Below are positions 9,105 through 16,420 of a stretch of 38,631 bases of DNA, in pieces. Origin of the DNA: an uncultured Gammaproteobacteria bacterium (GTDB lineage: Bacteria > Patescibacteriota > Microgenomatia > JAMCZE01); contig CAYHYP010000001.1 in NCBI GenBank assembly GCA_964360925.1, forward strand, positions 1-38,631, written 5' to 3'. The notes below the pieces were generated by a model. It was not told the origin of the DNA. It did not search any database and saw only the letters and a list, made by a program, of their open reading frames with translations. Each line of letters begins with the position of its first letter. The first letter of the stretch is position 1. Position numbers and translations under genes: made by a program.

Positions 9105-10202
9105 ATGAAAAAAATATTTTTAATTTCGCTTGTATTGACAACTACTTTATTCCTTAGGCCGAAAACAATTTTTGCTGAAAACGTGATGCTTCTTATTTTT
9201 AATCCGGTTATTGAATCTCAAAACAACCAAAAACTTAGTCAGTTTTTAAATTGGAGCGATCCCGATCAATTGACACAACAATATATTCTTGATGTCAAAG
9301 ATTCAAGCGGAGGAATAGTTAATTATCAGATTACTAAAAAGTTGGAAGTTGACGGCTTCCCCGTAAAGGCTGACGGATTTAAATACTCTGATGAGACGTA
9401 TTTAGAATGTTGGCGTGATCACTCCAAATGTCACAGTTCAGACAGTGTGGATTACTACAAAATTCTTTCGGATTACGATGTTTGCGGAAAAAGAAACCGG
9501 GATGAAATCCATGAACTTTGGATTTTTGGCGGTCCTTGGTTTGGTTATTGGGAGGCGGTTATGGCCGGCCTGGGAGCTTTTTGGACAAACGCCCCTCCCC
9601 TATATAACTCTACGTGTCAAAAACAACTGCACATTATGGGTTTTAGCTATGAACGGGGTGTTTCTGAAATGCTTGAAAATTTGGGCCATCGTGTCGAAGG
9701 AACAATGAGCCATTTATACAATGGCTGGGCTTTTGGATATGGCCCACCATCAACCCAGTTACCCACCTCATTAACTAATTGGGATAAATTTAGCGCTAAA
9801 GAATACGATCCGGGGGTAATAGCCGGTTGCGGATTTATTCACGGTAGTTTGAATACCCCTAATTATAACCCGAGTAATTATTGGAGCTATGATTGGGGAA
9901 ACACTAACTTTGTGCAAAGTACTTGCAACGACTGGTTAAATTTCCCTAACCTCACAAGTCAAACAGAAACAATCAATTGTCAGGCTTGGAACTGCACAGG
10001 ATACGGTTTTAAAAAATGGTGGTTTAACCACATCCCTCGCTATGAAGGTAAAACGGATGGTAAATGGAATAATTGGTGGCGCTATATTTTGGATTACGAA
10101 GAGGCCACTAAAGTAGTGAACATTTTAGATCTGCGTTCCCTATTACAGAGCTTTACTAATATCTTTGACTATAATAAACTAGTGGCAGATTATGGAAAAT
10201 AA
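9105..10202 (+). CDS. secreted Cys/Trp-rich protein with conserved C-terminal tail
   Basis: Start moved to ATG 9105 (MKKIFLISLVLTTTLFLRPKTIFA signal peptide), because the track start 9030 overlaps the divergent ATPase gene. Ends in ILDLRSLLQSFTNIFDYNKLVADYGK. Confidence 0.7.
   Translation: MKKIFLISLVLTTTLFLRPKTIFAENVMLLIFNPVIESQNNQKLSQFLNWSDPDQLTQQYILDVKDSSGGIVNYQITKKLEVDGFPVKADGFKYSDETYLECWRDHSKCHSSDSVDYYKILSDYDVCGKRNRDEIHELWIFGGPWFGYWEAVMAGLGAFWTNAPPLYNSTCQKQLHIMGFSYERGVSEMLENLGHRVEGTMSHLYNGWAFGYGPPSTQLPTSLTNWDKFSAKEYDPGVIAGCGFIHGSLNTPNYNPSNYWSYDWGNTNFVQSTCNDWLNFPNLTSQTETINCQAWNCTGYGFKKWWFNHIPRYEGKTDGKWNNWWRYILDYEEATKVVNILDLRSLLQSFTNIFDYNKLVADYGK
10122..10202 (+). other. conserved C-terminal tail motif, copy 3
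   Basis: ILDLRSLLQSFTNIFDYNKLVADYGK*. Its stop overlaps the start of the first cohesin-like gene. Confidence 0.7.
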
Positions 10203-11754
10203 AAAGAAACTAATTTTTTCCGTTCTTGGGTTGCTTCTGCTTACCGGTGGGCTGATTGCCGCCATCTTTATAGTTGGAAAACAGATAATTTTCCAAAACA
10301 AAGCCTTTACCGAAACCGGAACAGCAACTTTAACGGTCTCCCCTTCTTCCGGCACAAAAAACGTCGGAGATATTTTCCCTGTAAATTTTAAATTTGCCAC
10401 TGTGGGAGCCACCGAAAATGGAGTTAGCACAGTTCAGTTTGTCTTTAGTTTCCCCTCGAATTTAGATCTGGTTAACTCTTCAGGAAACCCGGTAAATCAA
10501 TTAACGATTGATCCCGCTTTTACCACAACAGGAACAAAATGGACTTTCCCATTTAACACAGTTACCAGAAGTGCCGGAATAGTTACTGTTCAATTTAGCG
10601 GAATTTATAGCGACACCGTTGGCTATATGACAGCCATACCGCTTACCCTTGCCACTGCCCATCTAAAAGCAGTTTCTTCCGGTGTAGCGAATTTTACTTT
10701 TGACCCGGTAAACACCGTTATTTTGACCAAGGGCTATCCCACTCAAGATATCCTAAAAACACCGGATTCTGTTTCTTTTACCATTTCTTCCGGCACAACC
10801 TCGGGTGTGGGGAAATTTGTATTTCCGGCAACGGCTACTATTCCCGTCGGTGAAACGCCAACACCGGTTCAAGTAAAACTTAATACCGGCAATGTCCCCG
10901 TATCTTCGTTATCTTTTAGATTAAATTATTCTTCTTCTGCACTTGAGACAATAAATATTGTCCCGGATATTACTTTGGCGGGTTCTGCCGATTGGGCATT
11001 TCCGGTCAAAACTATTACCCGATCCGACGGAGTGGTGACAATTGATTTTGCCGCAATAAATTCAAATATTGCCGGTTTTACATCTTCTACCGATACTATT
11101 CTGGCGACCATTAACTTTAAGGCAAACAGTATTCCCATCACCAATCCCGTTATTCTTTCTTTTGATGCTACCAAAACCAGCATTTTATCTAAAGCCTCAC
11201 CCCCTGTGGAAATACTGCAAACGCCCACCAGCCTTTCTTATACTATTGTTGCTGCTGCCCCACTCCCCCCAACCCTAAGTTTTGGTTTTAAAGTTCAAGG
11301 AGTGACGACTGCCAATATTACAAAAACTTTCACTGTAACCGTTAAGGGGACAACAACCTCGGATATTAGTCAGACACTTACCAGTGGCGCCAACGGCGTT
11401 TTCAGAGCTACCAACGTGACTATGCCCAACGTTGGAACAGCCGTTAATATTTTTGTCAAAAGTTCAAATACTTTAAAGAAAAAGCTTGGCTCCGTAAATT
11501 TAATTCCCGGACCAAATATTGCTCCCGTTGCTTGGGAAAGCATTGCCCTACTGACCGGTGACTTTGACAGTAACAATATCTTTAATATCACCGATATTGC
11601 CAAAATGCTGCAAAATTATACAGCTCTTTCAACTCCTGTCACTACGGCGAATGGTTTTGGGATATACGATGCAGACAATGACGGTAATTATGCTCTAAAA
11701 GATCTTGCTATTATTTTGAGTAATTTTACAGACTTAAGTAAACCTGGTGACTAA
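10192..11754 (+). CDS. surface scaffold protein: signal anchor + 2 cohesin-like modules + beta-sandwich + dockerin
   Basis: N-terminal TM helix. Two paralogous modules (TLTVSPSSGTKNVGDIFPV..KWTFPFNTVT..FTFDPVNTVI and VPVSSLSFRLNY..DWAFPVKTIT..LSFDATKTSI). C-terminal duplicated F-hand. Confidence 0.7.
   Translation: MENKKKLIFSVLGLLLLTGGLIAAIFIVGKQIIFQNKAFTETGTATLTVSPSSGTKNVGDIFPVNFKFATVGATENGVSTVQFVFSFPSNLDLVNSSGNPVNQLTIDPAFTTTGTKWTFPFNTVTRSAGIVTVQFSGIYSDTVGYMTAIPLTLATAHLKAVSSGVANFTFDPVNTVILTKGYPTQDILKTPDSVSFTISSGTTSGVGKFVFPATATIPVGETPTPVQVKLNTGNVPVSSLSFRLNYSSSALETINIVPDITLAGSADWAFPVKTITRSDGVVTIDFAAINSNIAGFTSSTDTILATINFKANSIPITNPVILSFDATKTSILSKASPPVEILQTPTSLSYTIVAAAPLPPTLSFGFKVQGVTTANITKTFTVTVKGTTTSDISQTLTSGANGVFRATNVTMPNVGTAVNIFVKSSNTLKKKLGSVNLIPGPNIAPVAWESIALLTGDFDSNNIFNITDIAKMLQNYTALSTPVTTANGFGIYDADNDGNYALKDLAIILSNFTDLSKPGD
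11548..11751 (+). other. dockerin-like domain (two F-hand repeats)
   Basis: GDFDSNNIFNITDIAKMLQNYT ... YDADNDGNYALKDLAIILSNFT. Confidence 0.7.
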
Positions 11755-12829
11755 AAAAATATTATTATCAATATTGAGTCTGTTTCTCCTGGTGGTGGGT
11801 TTGGTTGTGTCCAGTTTACTCGTTTACCGTCAGGTTAATTTAAGATCTAAGGCTACCGTCAACGGAGTTACCTTGTCTTTGGCTTCCGGCAAAACCACGG
11901 TAAATCCGGGTGAATCTTTTGATGTTGTCATCAATTTAAACAATACGACCACCAATAAAATTACCGCCGCAAGTGTGTTTTTAACTTACCCTTCAGATAA
12001 ATTAACCTTGACTTCAATTACCCCCGGAGCATTTTTTTTGGCGAGCTACAACAGTGCAACCACGGAAATGCTTAATAAAACGGATATTACTACTGTCGGA
12101 GTAGGAAAATTACTTATTGGAGTCCCCTGCACTATTTCTTCCCCTTGGGTTTGTTACCCCCAAACAACGGCCGCCGGACAAGTAGCCACTTTTAGATTTC
12201 AAGTTAAAACCACTGCTGCTGTGGGAAATGTAACGATTGGTTTTGACGACACAAATACAGCCATATCCGCTTTAGACTCTGCCGGGAATGCTATTCCTAC
12301 CAGCATCTTGTCCGGGAAGACCCCTGTAGTCATTACCATCAAGTCCCCAGAAATTACCCCCGCAACTTTGACGTTTAGTTTCAAACTACTGCAAAATAAT
12401 AACACTGTAGCCAGGACAGCCGATGTTTTGCTAAAAAGCAGCTCTCAAACATTGTCATTTACAAACATTGCCCTAACAGGAAATAACGGGGTCTTTAGCC
12501 CATCAACACCTATTACCTTAACCGGTATAACCGCCGGGACAACATATGACGTTCTGGTAAAAGTACCCGGCTATTTACGAAAGAAGATTGGCACTACCGG
12601 TACTACTACCTGGAATAACATCCTGCCTCTGGCCGGTGATTTTGACGGCAACAATATTCTTAACATCCTTGATATAGGTAATATCTTAGGGTTGTATAAT
12701 GCAATTAGTGTCTCGGTAACCGCGGTAACCCGGGTTTATGATCTTGACGGTAACGGCGTCATTAATATCTTAGACGTAGCCAATACTATAGCCAGCTATA
12801 CAGCTATATCGGTTTTGGGAGATAATTAA
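11747..12829 (+). CDS. surface scaffold protein: signal anchor + cohesin-like module + beta-sandwich + dockerin
   Basis: 8-nt overlap with the upstream gene. TM helix. GVTLSLASGKTTVNPGESFDVVINL module. C-terminal dockerin. Confidence 0.65.
   Translation: MTKKILLSILSLFLLVVGLVVSSLLVYRQVNLRSKATVNGVTLSLASGKTTVNPGESFDVVINLNNTTTNKITAASVFLTYPSDKLTLTSITPGAFFLASYNSATTEMLNKTDITTVGVGKLLIGVPCTISSPWVCYPQTTAAGQVATFRFQVKTTAAVGNVTIGFDDTNTAISALDSAGNAIPTSILSGKTPVVITIKSPEITPATLTFSFKLLQNNNTVARTADVLLKSSSQTLSFTNIALTGNNGVFSPSTPITLTGITAGTTYDVLVKVPGYLRKKIGTTGTTTWNNILPLAGDFDGNNILNILDIGNILGLYNAISVSVTAVTRVYDLDGNGVINILDVANTIASYTAISVLGDN
12623..12826 (+). other. dockerin-like domain (two F-hand repeats)
   Basis: GDFDGNNILNILDIGNILGLYN ... 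YDLDGNGVINILDVANTIASYT. Confidence 0.7.
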
Positions 12830-12835
12830 AATATT

Positions 12836-13309
12836 ATGAATCTTATTTCTGCCCTATTTTTAGCGGTAACAACTTTTTTCCAAAGTATATTTGGGATAGA
12901 AACTCCACCTCCGCCGATTGTTAATACTATTAGAGTATATCTTGTTCCTACTGCCACCGATTTGGAAATTCACATATCAGGTAGTAATCAAAATCTAAGT
13001 GCCATTGCTGTCAGGCTGGTTTATCATTACTCAAAAACCCCAAGCGGAATAACCATTACTCCAAACGCGCTTTTATTTAAAGATAATTGGAATTTCCCGG
13101 TTAAAAAAACTATTGTCAACGCCGCCCAAAAAGCGGTAACTTTAGATTTAGCTGCGGTGAATATTAGTACGACCGGGTATCTTTTAAATTCCGATCTCTT
13201 GTTGGCCAAAATTAACTCTTCTGCCGGATTGGATCAATTCTCGTTTGATCAAAAGGAGACAAAAATTTATGGTAAAAACACAAATGAAATCCCTCTTATT
13301 TTTAACTGA
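12836..13309 (+). CDS. small secreted single cohesin-like module protein
   Basis: Signal-like N-terminus. DNWNFPVKKTIV..LDLAAVN..FSFDQKETKI matches the module landmarks of the neighbouring genes. Confidence 0.6.
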   Translation: MNLISALFLAVTTFFQSIFGIETPPPPIVNTIRVYLVPTATDLEIHISGSNQNLSAIAVRLVYHYSKTPSGITITPNALLFKDNWNFPVKKTIVNAAQKAVTLDLAAVNISTTGYLLNSDLLLAKINSSAGLDQFSFDQKETKIYGKNTNEIPLIFN

Positions 13310-14151
13310 TGGAAACAAATATGAAACGGAATATTATCATCGGCATAGTTATTTTTATCTTCCTGGTCGGGGGTTTGGGTGTGGGTTTATTTTTGGTAAA
13401 TCAAAAACAGGATGTTCGCAGTAAAGCATCAACTGATATAGGAACTGCCATCATTAACCTTTCCCCCACCACGGGAAACATCACTGCCGGTAGTTCATTA
13501 CCAATCACTATATCCCTTAACCCCGCCGGAAATGTTATTTCTGCTTTTGCTATCCGGATAAATTATTCCTATTCCGGAACAATTCCCGATCTTACCGCGG
13601 AAAATTTTCAAATTAGCCCGGCGCTTACATCCGGCGGAGATTGGACTTGCCCGGTAAAAAAATTTACTGCCGCCGGTGGAAAAGCCAATATAGACATTGC
13701 TTGCGCGAATACCAGCACAACCGGATATTCCGGCAGTGGAGTCATTAATTTAGCCACAGTTTCTTTGACCGCCACTGCCTCTGCGGCCAACAACACTTAC
13801 ACTTTGGCCTTTGACCCAAAAGAAAGTATCATCACTAAAAAATCAGACAGTTTAGATATCCTTCTTACTCCTAACAGTCGTGGGACTTACACTGTTTCCG
13901 GCACGAGTATTACTCACAAGTATTCCTGCAACACTGCCGGCACTTGTGTCCAGAATGATGCCACCGGCACTTATACAAATGCTAATTGCAATAACAGCTG
14001 TACTCCTCCTCCCCCGCCACCGGTAGTACCACCTCCGGTAACACCACCACCCACCACCCTACCCGTCACCGGCAATCCTTTCTTGACTTTTGGTTTGGCA
14101 GTAGTAGGCGTTATTGTCTCTTTTTCCTCGCTTCTTTTACTCAAGCGCTAA
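13309..14151 (+). CDS. sortase-anchored cohesin-like protein (anchoring scaffold)
   Basis: Start overlaps the previous stop (alternative ATG 13321). TM/signal, cohesin-like module (GDWTCPVKKFT..LAFDPKESII), Pro-rich linker, then LPVTG + hydrophobic helix + KR. Confidence 0.7.
   Translation: METNMKRNIIIGIVIFIFLVGGLGVGLFLVNQKQDVRSKASTDIGTAIINLSPTTGNITAGSSLPITISLNPAGNVISAFAIRINYSYSGTIPDLTAENFQISPALTSGGDWTCPVKKFTAAGGKANIDIACANTSTTGYSGSGVINLATVSLTATASAANNTYTLAFDPKESIITKKSDSLDILLTPNSRGTYTVSGTSITHKYSCNTAGTCVQNDATGTYTNANCNNSCTPPPPPPVVPPPVTPPPTTLPVTGNPFLTFGLAVVGVIVSFSSLLLLKR
14059..14148 (+). other. LPXTG cell-wall sorting signal
   Basis: LPVTGNPFLTFGLAVVGVIVSFSSLLLLKR at the extreme C-terminus, preceded by PPPPPPVVPPPVTPPPTT. 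Confidence 0.75.
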
Positions 14152-14169
14152 ATGCGTTAAAATCAAGCA

Positions 14170-14850
14170 ATGTATCCGATTGTTCAAGCACCGAATGAAA
14201 TTTTGAGAACCCCGGCTGTGCCGTCTAATTTAACGCCGGAAAAACTTAAAAAAATAATTTCTGAAATGACAAAAACTCTTTTGGCGCAGAAAGATCCTGA
14301 AGGAGTGGGATTGGCGGCAAACCAAGTGGGACTTCCCTACCAAATTTTTTTGGCCCGATTTACTACTAAGAAATCCGAACCTGTCCGTGTTTTCATCAAT
14401 CCTAAAATTATTGACCATAGTGAAGAAATTCAAGAAGAAACAAAGAATTCTCCTCTTGAAGGTTGTCTCTCCGTACCAAAATATTATGGAGTAGTGAAAA
14501 GATGGAAATGGGTGAAAATGGAATACCAAGCACCACCGTCATCCTGGAGCCACGCCGTTCGTCATCCTGGAGCGAGTGAAACGAGCGATAGGATCTATCC
14601 TGGTAAAAAGATTCTATCGCCCTTCGGGCTCCAGAATGACGCTGGGGTTTCGCTCCAGCATGACGACGAAATTTTAGAAACTAGAACCGAAACTTTTGAG
14701 GGGTTTCCGGCTGTGGTTATTCAACACGAAATGGATCATTTGAATGGGAAAATTTTTGTGGAAAGAATTTTGGAACAAAACGGCCAAATGTATAAAGTAA
14801 CCGGAAAAGATAAAAAAGGCAAAGAAAAATGGGAAGAGGTAGAGCTGTAA
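14170..14850 (+). CDS. def: peptide deformylase with ~45-aa repeat-derived insertion
   Basis: All three PDF motifs are present: GLAANQVG, EGCLSVP, HEMDHLNG. The insert lies between motifs 2 and 3. Confidence 0.9.
   Translation: MYPIVQAPNEILRTPAVPSNLTPEKLKKIISEMTKTLLAQKDPEGVGLAANQVGLPYQIFLARFTTKKSEPVRVFINPKIIDHSEEIQEETKNSPLEGCLSVPKYYGVVKRWKWVKMEYQAPPSSWSHAVRHPGASETSDRIYPGKKILSPFGLQNDAGVSLQHDDEILETRTETFEGFPAVVIQHEMDHLNGKIFVERILEQNGQMYKVTGKDKKGKEKWEEVEL
14538..14665. repeat. GTCAT-hairpin repeat cluster, in frame in def
   Basis: Same unit order as 1030-1140, with an extra 5' partial unit. Translated SSWSHAVRHPGASETSDRIYPGKKILSPFGLQNDAGVSLQHD. Confidence 0.9.
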
Positions 14851-15278
14851 TTTATCATTTAACATTTATTATTTATCATTTTTATTCATGATCGCACTGT
14901 CCAAAAGTCAGGAATTAGAAAATAGAACGACAAAATTTAGTATAAATTTAGTAAATTTATGTAAGAAATTTCCAAGGGTTTTAATAACTCAGAATATTAT
15001 TGAACAACTACTTCGTTCTGGAACAAGTATTGGGGCAAATTATCGAGAAGCAAACGGAGCATCAAGTAGAAAAGACTTTCGAAATAAAATATTAATTTGT
15101 AAAAAAGAATGTAAAGAAACTGAGTATTGGTTGCAGATGTTGGCAAATGCAGCTGATGATGATTTTGTCAGTAATAGTTGTAGGATATTGTGGAAAGAAA
15201 CACATGAATTTAATCTAATATTCTCAAGTGCTGCTGCAAATACTAAATGTTAAATAAATGAAAAATAATAAATAAAAA
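14851..15278 (+). mobile_element. four-helix-bundle gene cassette bounded by AT-rich heptamer repeats / 16-of-17 inverted repeat, inserted between def and fmt
   Basis: Left arm TTTATTATTTATCATTT (14865-14881). Right arm AAATGAAAAATAATAAA (15256-15272), whose reverse complement matches at 16/17. The left flank has 7-nt periodicity (TTTATCA TTTAACA TTTATTA TTTATCA). Confidence 0.4.
14888..15253 (+). CDS. four-helix-bundle protein (23S rRNA intervening-sequence protein family, TIGR02436-like)
   Basis: GTSIGANYREANGASSRKDFRNKILICKKECKETEYWLQML is the family signature. Confidence 0.85.
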   Translation: MIALSKSQELENRTTKFSINLVNLCKKFPRVLITQNIIEQLLRSGTSIGANYREANGASSRKDFRNKILICKKECKETEYWLQMLANAADDDFVSNSCRILWKETHEFNLIFSSAAANTKC

Positions 15279-16196
15279 ATGAAAAATCAGAGGGTTGCAT
15301 TTTTTGGAACATCAAAATATTGTTTGCCGGTTTTGGAGGCTTTGAAAAACCTGCCTGCCGGCAGGCAGGAATTGGTTCTTGTAATTACCCGCGAAGATAA
15401 ACCTGTGGGGAGAAAACAAATTTTGACACCGTCTCCCGTTAAACAATGGGCAATTAAAAATGGAATTAAAGTAGATTCTAGCGGCGTAGCCGCGAGCTTG
15501 CTCATCGCCCCGCCAACGGCGGGGCTCCAGAATGACGAAAAAGTAGATTTGGCAATCGTTGCTGATTACGGAAAAATTATAAAACACGAAGTTTATGAAA
15601 AACCAAAACTGGGAACCTTTAATATCCATTTTTCAAAATTGCCGGAACTTCGTGGCCCCTCCCCAGTGCAATCAACATTGTTACGCGGTGACAAAACCGC
15701 TTGGATAACAATTTATAAACTTAAATATTATCCCGAACTGGAAATTAAAATGGATTCCGGTCCTATTTTATGGCAAAAAGAATATCCCATCCTACCCGAC
15801 GACACCACCGAATCTTTGTATACCAGATTATTCCAAGAAATCGCCAAGGAAATACCGGAAATAATAAATTCTCTAGCCGCTTGCCGCTTGCCGCTAATTT
15901 CTCAAGACCACTCCAAAGCTACTTTTTGCAAAATGCTAACTAAGGATGATGGATTTATTGAATGGGATCTTTTGAAAAACAGTATGTATGTTGCATGTTG
16001 CGATCGCAACATGATACCTACATCTCGAGTTGAAAAATTATATAACCAATATAGAGCGATGTACCCTTGGCCGGGAATATGGACTATTAAAGATGGAAGA
16101 CGAATGAAAATTTTGAAATGCCATTTGGAAAAAGAAAAAATTGTTTTGGATGAAATCCAATTTGAAGGAAAAACCCCGGAAAAATACAAAAACTAG
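15279..16196 (+). CDS. fmt: methionyl-tRNA formyltransferase with two repeat-derived insertions
   Basis: N-terminal formyltransferase fold (VAFFGTS.., ITREDKPVGRKQILTPSPVK, NIHFSKLPELRGPSPVQ). Sits next to def. Confidence 0.9.
   Translation: MKNQRVAFFGTSKYCLPVLEALKNLPAGRQELVLVITREDKPVGRKQILTPSPVKQWAIKNGIKVDSSGVAASLLIAPPTAGLQNDEKVDLAIVADYGKIIKHEVYEKPKLGTFNIHFSKLPELRGPSPVQSTLLRGDKTAWITIYKLKYYPELEIKMDSGPILWQKEYPILPDDTTESLYTRLFQEIAKEIPEIINSLAACRLPLISQDHSKATFCKMLTKDDGFIEWDLLKNSMYVACCDRNMIPTSRVEKLYNQYRAMYPWPGIWTIKDGRRMKILKCHLEKEKIVLDEIQFEGKTPEKYKN
15350..15369. repeat. perfect 20-bp palindrome CCTGCCTGCCGGCAGGCAGG, in frame in fmt (LPAGRQ)
   Basis: Identical 20-mer at 26377-26396. Imperfect copy at 19566-19585. 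Confidence 0.85.
15474..15537. repeat. GTCAT-hairpin repeat unit (reverse orientation, long form), in frame in fmt
   Basis: gattctagcggcgtagccgcgagcttgctcatcgccccgccaacggcggggctccagaatgacg. Confidence 0.85.
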
Positions 16197-16411
16197 GCAG
16201 TCAAAATGGGGCGGTAGCGAAATTGGGTTAAGCAACTGGCACAGGCGCGGACACGTTTGACGACTCCGTTTAAAACAACCTTCCCGCTGTGAAGATTAGG
16301 CAAGAAAATCTTTTGAGTTTTCGTAGCACGTTTTTCCCACTGTCCGCTATGATTATGCCGGATATTGTGTCCATATTGAACGCCTTTTTTGCAAATATCA
16401 CATTGAGTCAT
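16193..16411 (-). CDS. rpmB: 50S ribosomal protein L28
   Basis: MTQCDICKKGVQYGHNIRHNHSGQWEKRATKTQKIFLPNL is an L28-type N-terminus. Confidence 0.85.
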   Translation of the reverse strand: MTQCDICKKGVQYGHNIRHNHSGQWEKRATKTQKIFLPNLHSGKVVLNGVVKRVRACASCLTQFRYRPILTA

Positions 16412-16420
16412 AGCTTAATT

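Noticed and set aside
14538-14665. Inserted segments as inteins or self-splicing introns.
   Set aside because: They are far too short (25-150 nt). There are no intein blocks (no C/S..HN-C/S/T junctions) and no group I/II intron features. The ORFs stay open through them.
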